50,596 nt of DNA from a virus. Its lineage: Duplodnaviria; Caudoviricetes. The stretch is taken from the IMG/VR virus record IMGVR_UViG_3300043499_000126, positions 1 through 50,596 of that record. The stretch is one strand, 5' to 3'. Position numbers and translations under genes: made by a program. How positions within the stretch are numbered: the first letter of the stretch is position 1; every line of letters starts with the position of its first letter. This document shows, piece by piece, positions 1-8,088 of the stretch. Below the pieces are notes generated by a model. The model was not told where the DNA came from. It was given only the letters and a program-made list of their open reading frames with translations, and searched no databases.

Positions 1-235
1 CACCACCTCCTGCAGTAGGCTGTCCAGCAGTGGGATTGAAGGCATAGGCTTGGTCGAGGAAGTTCTGACCACCGCCTGAAGCAAAGTCTTGATAGAGCTT
101 GTTAGCTCCACCCCATGCCTCGTTGGCACGATTGTAAGCTTCACCAGACCTTTGCTGTTGTTCATTCTCGAACTGGGTCTGGTAGCCCTGATTCTGAGTA
201 AGCTGCTTATTGACTTCCTTTTTGTTACCACCCAT
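1..235 (-). CDS. N-terminal part of a Gly-rich virion/ejection protein, open at the window edge (MGGNKKEVNKQLTQNQGYQ...AGQPTAGGG)
   Basis: Read by hand: ATG at 235 overlaps the TGA of 235..627; no stop to base 1; ends in Gly codons matching the poly-Gly start of 49480..50596. Confidence 0.75.
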   Translation of the reverse strand, partial: MGGNKKEVNKQLTQNQGYQTQFENEQQQRSGEAYNRANEAWGGANKLYQDFASGGGQNFLDQAYAFNPTAGQPTAGGG

Positions 236-627
236 CACAGCTCCTTTACGAGCAACTCACCGGGCTTGTCTGCCTGGAAGAAACGAAAATGTTTCTGCAT
301 TATAAGTGCGAAGTCTGGGTCAGTAACAAAGGCATATATCTCTTGTATACCTGCTTGCTCCGTGCCGCGAAACCCCTCAAGGATCAACATCCTAAAGGCG
401 TTAACGCGCGCACGGAGCGGAGCAGACTTGTCGAGAAAGAGCATGGCCTCTGCGAACAACTTGACTTGACCATACCCTATAATCTTGCCGTCATTTTCAA
501 CAACGGCATCGACAATGGACGATCTTCTGTTGGGCAGACCGTAGAGATCTGAGTGATGGTCTTCCCAGATCTTACTGATTGCTGGAACGTCGTCCCAACG
601 AAAAGATCGTAACTCGAGTTTAGACAT
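235..627 (-). CDS. GNAT-fold acetyltransferase-like protein
   Basis: Pattern LRSFRWDDVPAI...VVENDGKIIGYG resembles a GNAT N-terminus; sits just before the ejection-like genes, as GNAT-like gp13 does in T7-like phages. Confidence 0.55.
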   Translation of the reverse strand: MSKLELRSFRWDDVPAISKIWEDHHSDLYGLPNRRSSIVDAVVENDGKIIGYGQVKLFAEAMLFLDKSAPLRARVNAFRMLILEGFRGTEQAGIQEIYAFVTDPDFALIMQKHFRFFQADKPGELLVKEL

Positions 628-2032
628 CGGATCTTAATCTAGCCTTCAGACGCTTTAGCTCTTCAGTCAGCTCACGCTGAACTGCCTGTACAATGTCCTT
701 TCGATCCACTTCTCGCTCTCGTTCAGCACTCATCGCGTCGATGTATATGTTGTCCGGATAGCGAGACTTGAACTGTGAATGTGCGCCACGGATCGTATTG
801 CCAGTGATCACCAGGTCTTTGATGATCCCTGCTGTGTTGTCACCGTGGTTGGCACCGCCGATGCGGATGCCATATGATCCGTAGTTCCACGTGCAATCGA
901 GGATATGCAAGATGTCACAGGAGTCTTTGTCTCCATACTCTAGAAACGACGACCCTTCGTGAGTAATCTCCATCCCTCGAAATACCACTGACTCTGGACC
1001 TTCAGTGATAAGACAGAAACGACCAGGACCACCCATTGCTGTCTTGTTCGTACGATAGTTACCACCACGCATCTCTGCCGTTGTGCGCGGCAGGGACGAT
1101 GCATTGTCTGCGGTGAAGTCGTGGCCGGTGATATTGACGATGGCCCCAACCTCGGACATGGTGCAGTTTTCGACCACCAGATTCCGGAGTGATCCACCGT
1201 TCTTTGGTGTGAACATGAACCCATAACCATCCTGACCACTAGCCCAGGAATTGGTCAAGGTGCATCGACGGATAGTCACGTTATGACCATCCTTCAGCTC
1301 AAGCAAGTTCTTGGTCGGGATGGAGCTGTTACCCTTCCATACAATGGGCTTGGTGAATACAGCGTCCTCGATCGTGATTCCTGTTGGACGGCAGTTCGGG
1401 ATTTTCATCTTGTCCCCGCCGACCATGATGTTCTCGCTAGCAGCCTCGAAATAGCCACCTGAAATGAGAACAGGACCAGGAGCATTCAGGATAGCAATTG
1501 CCTGACTATCCTGTTTGGCACTGGAGTAAACGTCACGAATGTCACAATCCTTGACTGTAACATTGGCTGCGTTGATCTCGATGCCTCGCTTCCCACGATG
1601 AGTCGCGACGCGCACTCCTTCGATCTTCACATCGTCAGGTGCCTGGTCAACAGTTGTTTGATTCGTATCATTTTTACCAACACGAATGACACTGTCGTAG
1701 TTCGATGCACCTTCCAATGCTTCAATCCCGATGTGGTCGATGCCAACAGATACACGTAGCGCGGGATTGCCACTACCAGTGATCTTGTTTCCACCCTGAC
1801 CCCGTAGTTTAGTGTCAGGAGTGTCGAAGCTGTAACTGCCCTCGCAGACAAGATTGGGAGCAAGTGCGACATTACCACCTGCTGTCAATGTTGCCTGCAC
1901 ATCACCACAGTTGTTGATGACGGTCTCATCTTCAGGACCAGGGTCAGGTGGTTCAGAGCCAAGCTCGTCACGAATCTTCTGCGTGAGAACGTCGATCTCA
2001 TCGCAGTAACCAAGAATCGTATCGGGATTCAT
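620..2032 (-). CDS. Right-handed parallel beta-helix protein (tailspike/depolymerase-like), ~470 aa
   Basis: Repeated beta-helix rungs (NVTVKDCDI, GITIEDAVF, NVTIRRCTL, NLVVENCTM, DLVITGNTI); start moved to ATG 2032, which overlaps the upstream TGA (ATGA). Confidence 0.75.
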   Translation of the reverse strand: MNPDTILGYCDEIDVLTQKIRDELGSEPPDPGPEDETVINNCGDVQATLTAGGNVALAPNLVCEGSYSFDTPDTKLRGQGGNKITGSGNPALRVSVGIDHIGIEALEGASNYDSVIRVGKNDTNQTTVDQAPDDVKIEGVRVATHRGKRGIEINAANVTVKDCDIRDVYSSAKQDSQAIAILNAPGPVLISGGYFEAASENIMVGGDKMKIPNCRPTGITIEDAVFTKPIVWKGNSSIPTKNLLELKDGHNVTIRRCTLTNSWASGQDGYGFMFTPKNGGSLRNLVVENCTMSEVGAIVNITGHDFTADNASSLPRTTAEMRGGNYRTNKTAMGGPGRFCLITEGPESVVFRGMEITHEGSSFLEYGDKDSCDILHILDCTWNYGSYGIRIGGANHGDNTAGIIKDLVITGNTIRGAHSQFKSRYPDNIYIDAMSAEREREVDRKDIVQAVQRELTEELKRLKARLRSDV

Positions 2033-2697
2033 TTCTGCCCCTCGGGACGATTGAGTAGCTTCTTGAGCAGCACCAGCGTGGCTGCTTCTGAGGGACCGCC
2101 TCCACCAGTCTGAGGAGGTGCTGTGGCGGTGCCCGGCTTGACCTCGACGTCGATGTCGCCCTTGCAGCGCAGCGAGGTCAAACTGTCCATGACGATCGGC
2201 AGATTGACTGGGCCATGTGCGTGGAGTGGCTGTGCCATCGCGGTTTTGAGCGACTCGATCTCCGTATGGAGAGGCTTTGTCGCCTCGTCGATCATCGCCT
2301 GGCATTCTTCCTTGGTCAGACCCTGAGCAGGAGGCTGAGTTCCACCACCAGATTCTCCGGGTGTGACGATGGGAGGTCCACCGAGATCACGCCATTCCCA
2401 CTCAAGCCGATGTGGGCTTCCTGCTGCCGCATCCTTCAGTGGTGAGAAGGGATGGGTGTAATAGCCCTTGTCGTCAGGAGTCGCCGTCGGGAGAAAGATC
2501 CTTCCTGCGATGCGACCGTCACTGCCGATCTGCTGCGTCATCGCATTGAATGGCATGTCCGCTGTTGGCTTGACATACTCCGCATACCCCGCTGGAATGC
2601 CACTCTCACCAAGGACAGTCTCGTAATCGTCGGCAGGCTGTCCCGGTGACTTCTTAATGGTGTCGAAAAACAACCGTGCGTATTCGTCGCTAGACAT
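2029..2697 (-). CDS. Hypothetical protein with Pro/Gly linkers and a short coiled coil
   Basis: 222-aa ORF overlapping both neighbours in the operon. Confidence 0.7.
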   Translation of the reverse strand: MSSDEYARLFFDTIKKSPGQPADDYETVLGESGIPAGYAEYVKPTADMPFNAMTQQIGSDGRIAGRIFLPTATPDDKGYYTHPFSPLKDAAAGSPHRLEWEWRDLGGPPIVTPGESGGGTQPPAQGLTKEECQAMIDEATKPLHTEIESLKTAMAQPLHAHGPVNLPIVMDSLTSLRCKGDIDVEVKPGTATAPPQTGGGGPSEAATLVLLKKLLNRPEGQK

Positions 2698-4033
2698 GAG
2701 CTTTACCCTTCAAAAGAATCGCTCTGAGATTTGCGACGGGATCACTTCTTGCCGTTATGACCTCGAAGTATGGATCGACAAACTTGGGAACGTCTTCGAA
2801 CCACCCGTCGTAGCTGTAGAGAACTAACATATCTGTATAGTTATGAATTACCTCCATAAGTGCCATCGCCTTGGACTCTGGCACTTCATACAGTCGTTGG
2901 ATTGCAATAAGCGTAAGATCGACTTCTTCCCACGCTCGGTGATCAAAAATGTCCAGTTCTAAATACTTGATGCCCTGTGCGCCACTGTCAATGACAGAAG
3001 GTTCGCAATCAATCCCGTAAAGAAACGTGCTAGGGTGCGCCCTTTGAACTGCTTTGAGAAGCTGCCCTGTGCCACAACCCAGGTCTAGAACCTTGCCCTT
3101 TATCTCAGGCAGGATAGAAACAATGAAGTCGTGTGCATTCTGCATGGACTCAAGTGAGTTAAATCCATTCCAATGTTTATTAAATTTAAGTGGTATAACA
3201 TTGGAGAATGGAAACTGATTGCCACTTGCGCCATATCTAGGATAGTCGTTACTATGTAGATTGAGTATAACTTTGTGTGCAAGTGCATCACTTGCGTAAG
3301 TTGTCTTTAGAACCGGAGTGACCACCATCGCAATGCCATGTAATGACGTCCACTGCATTGGCATGGACAATAAATCTCTCAACCAATTCATCTCCCTATT
3401 TAACTTATTCTTGTCCATTAATTCTAGAATCTCTTGCCCTCGTTTGACACTGGGTCTGCAGTCTACAGAACAAGGAAGGTGGAAAACTCCCCTGATCCCA
3501 ACGTGGCGGAGTAGCACGTTGTTGTAGACTGCATTCTTTTGATCCTTAGACTCAAAGGTTAGGGCTGTGTAGTCTCTCCACCCCGACTCCTTCCAATGCT
3601 TTTGAAAAGCCCTAACACAACAGTCAGGAAAGTCAAGCATGTGACCAATAGTGATATCGTCTTGAGCGCGCCACGCATCTAGAAACCTCTCTGGTTCTAA
3701 ACCAAAGTAAACTCGATAGGTGAATTGCTTACCAGATTCATATGGGATACTAGCATTCCCATAAGCTCCCTGGGCCGCACCATCAACACCTACGATAGCC
3801 ATTTGGACGTTATGTTTAAGTGCCCAGACCTGTAAGTCTGGTAGGTCTAAAGGATTAACACTTTGTAATATTCCAGGTCGCAACCCATCAATTAGTGTAA
3901 GTAACTCAACACCTTTCCATAGATTTGAGAGGGCATGTATCTTTCCTTGCCAGTACTCTCGTGCAGCTTCTGATGTCCAGACAACACGAAGGAAATCTGG
4001 AACTATAAAATCTAGTCTTTCGACTTTGCCCAC
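2690..4033 (-). CDS. Two-domain protein: N-terminal Cys/His-motif domain (DUF483-like) plus C-terminal class I SAM-dependent methyltransferase
   Basis: GHMLDFPDCC and FHLPCSVDC motifs; SAM-binding motif I KVLDLGCGTG followed by LYGID. Confidence 0.75.
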   Translation of the reverse strand: MGKVERLDFIVPDFLRVVWTSEAAREYWQGKIHALSNLWKGVELLTLIDGLRPGILQSVNPLDLPDLQVWALKHNVQMAIVGVDGAAQGAYGNASIPYESGKQFTYRVYFGLEPERFLDAWRAQDDITIGHMLDFPDCCVRAFQKHWKESGWRDYTALTFESKDQKNAVYNNVLLRHVGIRGVFHLPCSVDCRPSVKRGQEILELMDKNKLNREMNWLRDLLSMPMQWTSLHGIAMVVTPVLKTTYASDALAHKVILNLHSNDYPRYGASGNQFPFSNVIPLKFNKHWNGFNSLESMQNAHDFIVSILPEIKGKVLDLGCGTGQLLKAVQRAHPSTFLYGIDCEPSVIDSGAQGIKYLELDIFDHRAWEEVDLTLIAIQRLYEVPESKAMALMEVIHNYTDMLVLYSYDGWFEDVPKFVDPYFEVITARSDPVANLRAILLKGKAHV

Positions 4034-5187
4034 TGTGGACGCTCCGTTAGAACTGTAGCTGGAATACCATAATCGGTATGATCACCATGATGATCTCCAT
4101 GAGGAATATCACCATGCCCGCTGTTCACTGGGTGAACGGCTGAAAGGAGATTAGCAATCTTTGTCCGCTTAGCACATTCACTTAAGAGCTGAGGTTGATC
4201 CCTCTCTATTGTTTCAAAGAGCGAGTACCAGAGTCTGCAGTTGACTGTTCTGTTTCTCCAATCTCCATCAATAGCAGTTCCGGGGCAATGACCCTTACAG
4301 AAAGCGAAGTATCGGCAATCCTTGCAGCCCCCGACCTCTTGAGGAGTGTGATAAAGAGCAATGTATCTCTCAAGTCCTGATACGTCAGCCTTGACCCAGT
4401 TGACCCCGTCCTTATTAGTTCGACCACAATTAGACATCTGTCCACTGGGTGAAACTCCTTGCACTGCAGCAGTCGTCTGTGGATCGCAATGATTCCATAC
4501 ACACGTTACACTTGGCTCGTACTGTGTGAGAAGTTTCTTGATATCAGCAAACGGGAGAACGCTCAGTTTAGAAGTCTTTGACCATTCATAGAGTTCTAAG
4601 TAGGTTTCGATTTGTCGTTCTTCCGAGAGCGCAAGCCCATCTCGGCCGCAATCGATCTCCATCTCATGGAGATTAAGATGCCTAATCCCAAGAGAGCTAA
4701 GAGTATCAAACCACTTGCAAAGGCGAGGAAGGTCATTGTTACCCCGATGGATCGTACAGATGATCGAAGGGATGATCCCTAAGTTACAGAGCTTCTTGAT
4801 TGCAATCTCTGTTTGGAGTGTCAGCTCGTCTGAGCAGCGCACACTATTCATATCACCTGGACCATCTATCGAGATACCTACGCCTACTTTGTATTTAGCG
4901 AACAACTCAATATGTTCGTCGGTGATAAGTGACCCGTTGGTTTGGATTCCATTACTTCCAAATCTTTCAAGTCCCCAAGCCCACACCTCCTCGAGATGTT
5001 TGATAGGAGCAAGGAGCGGTTCTCCTCCAAAGACAGCAAAGTTTTGACCAAGTCTATCAAGTTGTTTCTGTGCTTTAGACCAATCTCTTGGGACATTGAT
5101 ATTACCTGCTTCCCTCATTGGGTCTTGATAGCAGTATCCACACTTGATGTTACACGCAATTCCGACAGGTAGATATTCTACGCTCAT
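4012..5187 (-). CDS. Radical SAM/SPASM-domain enzyme (peptide-maturase-like) with an HxD-repeat tail
   Basis: CNIKCGYC (CxxxCxxC), FGGEPLL, IQTNGSL, ISIDGP; SPASM-type cysteines CVWNHC...CGR...CKDCRYFAFCKGHC...C. Confidence 0.93.
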   Translation of the reverse strand: MSVEYLPVGIACNIKCGYCYQDPMREAGNINVPRDWSKAQKQLDRLGQNFAVFGGEPLLAPIKHLEEVWAWGLERFGSNGIQTNGSLITDEHIELFAKYKVGVGISIDGPGDMNSVRCSDELTLQTEIAIKKLCNLGIIPSIICTIHRGNNDLPRLCKWFDTLSSLGIRHLNLHEMEIDCGRDGLALSEERQIETYLELYEWSKTSKLSVLPFADIKKLLTQYEPSVTCVWNHCDPQTTAAVQGVSPSGQMSNCGRTNKDGVNWVKADVSGLERYIALYHTPQEVGGCKDCRYFAFCKGHCPGTAIDGDWRNRTVNCRLWYSLFETIERDQPQLLSECAKRTKIANLLSAVHPVNSGHGDIPHGDHHGDHTDYGIPATVLTERPQWAKSKD

Positions 5188-6005
5188 GGTCCGATCAATA
5201 CTGGATTATCAACATGAGGAAGATCCCCATGTACTGCATCATTATGGTCTACGTGTGGTTGATCACCATGAGGGACATCCCCATGCCCACCTTCTGGAAC
5301 GTCTGTATGTGGTGTATCTGAGTAATGGTCCTGATGTACTGTATCGTGATGCGGTGTATCATTATGGAAATCTTGATGATTAGCATCATCATGGGTATCA
5401 CAATGGAATTGATTACCGTCATAATGGTTATCGGTATGATCGCCATGACCTGTAGGTATAGAATTTGAGTAATAATAGCAATCATCATGAACCTTATTAA
5501 GAGCTGAACCACTATCCCCATGCGAATCACCATGACCTAGATCATCATGTGCGTCGATAAAGCTATCACCATGTGGTGAATCTGAATAGAGATCATTATG
5601 AATCACATCATTATGTGGTCCAGGAGGTGCATCTACGTGAACAGATTGATCTGTATGATCAACATGAGCCGCAACTCCACCTGTATCTGTATGAACTACA
5701 TCTTCATGTGCACGATATGACCACGAACCACCCGCTTGAACCCAGTGTAAAGTTGTAAATTCAGCCCAGAGTGATCCTTGCAAAGCCTGAGCATCACCAT
5801 GCATCAGAGGGCCAACGACTTTGTATTCCCTATCTGCCGTCTGATTGATGTAATGAAGATCAGGCCCCTCAACCCAGAGGGAACCTGCGATAGCTCCTAC
5901 AATGCCACCGACGAGAATACCATTCCAAGCCCGCTCATTTCCGTCTGAGCCGACGTAGCGGAGAGTATCTCCCTCAATCCAGAGTGAGCCTGCGAGCTTT
6001 GGCAT
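5184..6005 (-). CDS. His-X-Asp repeat protein (putative radical SAM substrate, probably tail-associated)
   Basis: About 29 HxD triplets; N-terminal ~99 aa with three GSLWxE repeats; TAATG and ATGA overlaps couple it to the tail gene upstream and the rSAM gene downstream. Confidence 0.85.
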   Translation of the reverse strand: MPKLAGSLWIEGDTLRYVGSDGNERAWNGILVGGIVGAIAGSLWVEGPDLHYINQTADREYKVVGPLMHGDAQALQGSLWAEFTTLHWVQAGGSWSYRAHEDVVHTDTGGVAAHVDHTDQSVHVDAPPGPHNDVIHNDLYSDSPHGDSFIDAHDDLGHGDSHGDSGSALNKVHDDCYYYSNSIPTGHGDHTDNHYDGNQFHCDTHDDANHQDFHNDTPHHDTVHQDHYSDTPHTDVPEGGHGDVPHGDQPHVDHNDAVHGDLPHVDNPVLIGP

Positions 6006-6607
6006 TACGGAACTGCCCAGTAATCAACACCAACTGGAATGATGAGACGATTCATGATGTGCAGGGTCATATCACCACGCATGACCATACCACCAATTGT
6101 CGCTGCTCGATTAGAAACATTGATACAAAAATCACCCTTACCCGTTCCAGCTTGGACAAAAAGACCGAAACTCTGATTCGCTGCGGGATTACCTGCGATA
6201 TGAACTCCATAAATTCCAGGCGTAGGATTAGCTGCAATATTGGTCATGTATGCAGTTCCGGTCTGGTTGAATGTCCCGTTTGAAGTTACGTTAAGAAGTG
6301 TCCCTCCTGTAATAGCAACAGCATTGGCATTCTGGACTGCCATTGTGCCAAGACCAAAGTTGATACGCGCGCCTGCTGCATTGGCAGATCCTGACCCACC
6401 GCCATCTACAGATAGGACTTGATCGACAAAGGCCGCACCGTCCCATTCCTGGAATTTCACAGGGGCGCGCACCAGCTTTATTGATCCAGTCGGAGGACCA
6501 GTAAGTGGGATCTTTTGCAGAGTAATTGCGTCAATATCCCGATTCTTTGCCTCGTCGACAAAGAGGACGTAATTACTGGTTATTGTCGGTTTTGACCAAT
6601 CCGCCAT
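6005..6607 (-). CDS. Tail fibre-like protein
   Basis: Fibre-type segment GGGSGSANAAGARINFGLGTMAVQNANAVAITGG; located in the tail module. Confidence 0.65.
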   Translation of the reverse strand: MADWSKPTITSNYVLFVDEAKNRDIDAITLQKIPLTGPPTGSIKLVRAPVKFQEWDGAAFVDQVLSVDGGGSGSANAAGARINFGLGTMAVQNANAVAITGGTLLNVTSNGTFNQTGTAYMTNIAANPTPGIYGVHIAGNPAANQSFGLFVQAGTGKGDFCINVSNRAATIGGMVMRGDMTLHIMNRLIIPVGVDYWAVP

Positions 6608-6758
6608 CTGGATTCCTCAGGCGCTCAATTTCCTTGGACATCTCATCAGCTTGGATCATAAGAGCTTGAATTTGCTGTGCTTGCTTGCGTCGTACGATCT
6701 CAAGTTCACCAATGACCTGATAGAACTCTTCAATCGTGATCTCTAGTTTTGGCTCCAT
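6573..6758 (-). CDS. Small coiled-coil protein (possible fibre chaperone)
   Basis: 61 aa with a heptad pattern, between fibre genes. Confidence 0.5.
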   Translation of the reverse strand: MEPKLEITIEEFYQVIGELEIVRRKQAQQIQALMIQADEMSKEIERLRNPDGGLVKTDNNQ

Positions 6759-7114
6759 TATGGAATATCCGCAGAGTCAACACCTGATAGGACATCCCAG
6801 AAAGTAGAGATCTGTGAGAAGATCGCAGCATCTGAGGCTGACGTTTCAACACCGTTGTCAGTAATCTCAACTGTGCCGAGGAGGTTGGGACCACTAACGA
6901 CAGTGTATGCAGCTTGCTGGACCATCGCCTGTGAGTTGTTGAGAACGCTCGTCGCATAGGACGATCGTTTTGCATGATGAGGAGTAGAAGGTGCCTCCTC
7001 CTTTATGCCCCGAGCGGTCTGGAGCATGAGATAGTTCAGTCGATTTAGGAATGCTGGGTCGCGCGCCAGCTCCATTTGCAACGTGCTTTCTGACATTGGC
7101 ATTATAAACCTCAC
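6758..7114 (-). CDS. Hypothetical tail-module protein
   Basis: 118-aa ORF coupled to both neighbours. Confidence 0.6.
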   Translation of the reverse strand: MRFIMPMSESTLQMELARDPAFLNRLNYLMLQTARGIKEEAPSTPHHAKRSSYATSVLNNSQAMVQQAAYTVVSGPNLLGTVEITDNGVETSASDAAIFSQISTFWDVLSGVDSADIP

Positions 7115-8088
7115 GCAATCGGAAAGGCTGATACTCCACCTACAGTGATAGTTCCAGCCGGAAAACTACCACCACCATCAATTCTTCGATATAGATTTAG
7201 CTTAAGTTGGAAAGGTGCGGTCTGAATCATTCCATATGCATCACCAGCTAGCATCGCACTAGCACTGTATCCAGTTGGAGTAAACCCTGCTGGCATGTCG
7301 ATATAGATGATACTGGGTGTTGAGCTAAGAGTAATCGTTATGTAAAAATTTACACAAAAGGTTTTCCCGATTAGAGCGTATCTACAAGAAAGAGTTTGAG
7401 CCAGAGTTGCAGTCCCTAAATTCGCAGATACCACCGGAGCGAAATCAATCCAGTCCCCTAATGCTGTTGTGCGACCTCGCTCAAGGATTGCTCCAGTATT
7501 AGTAAAGGATAAAAGACCAGCAAAGGCACCGCTATTAGCAGGCGCGCGAAAGAATGAGACTGAATCAGTAAAGCTCGATACTCGAAAAAGCCAAGCGGGA
7601 TAGGACGTGTTATGAGGAACCCAAACAGATCCATTCCACCATGCGTTATGAAGATGCTCGAATCCGAACTGAGTATTCTGGATATATGCCTGAGCGCCTC
7701 CATTCAGAGTTACTCCAGCACTTGCTCCCATCACTGTTAACCAACTACCAGTAAGAGTTACATTCCCGTTACGATTCAGTCTAACAGCAGATTGCTCAAC
7801 AGTCTCTGCATCATTTATTGAGCGTAGTGCTAAGAGACCACCGTTATTTATTATATCAAATCTTCTTTGGTCTACGGGTCTACTTGGATCAATTATGAGA
7901 AGCCTTGCAGAGCTAGAAGAACTTATGATTTGAGTCTGATTAAAAGTATTTGGGGCATTCGTATATGCAACATTGGGAATCGTTCCCTCAGTGATGACTG
8001 CTCCGCTAAGAGGTAGCGGCAGCCATGACACTCCGTTGTCAACAGACTTTTCAAAAATGTGGGAAGTCTGGTTGTATCGCTGCCACAT
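7111..8088 (-). CDS. Tail fibre/receptor-binding protein, ~325 aa
   Basis: Beta-rich and rich in Gly/Ser/Thr/aromatics; C-terminal fibre-tip-like domain (CRYALIGKTFCVNFYI...DMPAGFTP); start set at ATG 8088 by TAATG overlap. Confidence 0.65.
   Translation of the reverse strand: MWQRYNQTSHIFEKSVDNGVSWLPLPLSGAVITEGTIPNVAYTNAPNTFNQTQIISSSSSARLLIIDPSRPVDQRRFDIINNGGLLALRSINDAETVEQSAVRLNRNGNVTLTGSWLTVMGASAGVTLNGGAQAYIQNTQFGFEHLHNAWWNGSVWVPHNTSYPAWLFRVSSFTDSVSFFRAPANSGAFAGLLSFTNTGAILERGRTTALGDWIDFAPVVSANLGTATLAQTLSCRYALIGKTFCVNFYITITLSSTPSIIYIDMPAGFTPTGYSASAMLAGDAYGMIQTAPFQLKLNLYRRIDGGGSFPAGTITVGGVSAFPIA

Noticed and set aside
2033-2305. N-terminal 91 aa of the 561-aa ORF 620..2305
   Set aside because: Overlaps 2029..2697 in another frame and reads as off-frame sequence; ATG 2032 gives a standard ATGA coupling
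4012-5187. Radical SAM as a QueE-type DNA-modification or cofactor enzyme
   Set aside because: It has a SPASM domain and an HxD tail, lies in the tail operon coupled to an HxD protein, and no queC, queD, folE or dpdA-like genes are present
5184-5708. Repetitive DNA as a CRISPR array or tandem repeat
   Set aside because: Repetition is at the amino-acid level (HxD) with no constant DNA repeat or spacer structure
7111-8088. Diversity-generating retroelement acting on the tail fibre
   Set aside because: No reverse transcriptase and no template/variable repeat pair seen
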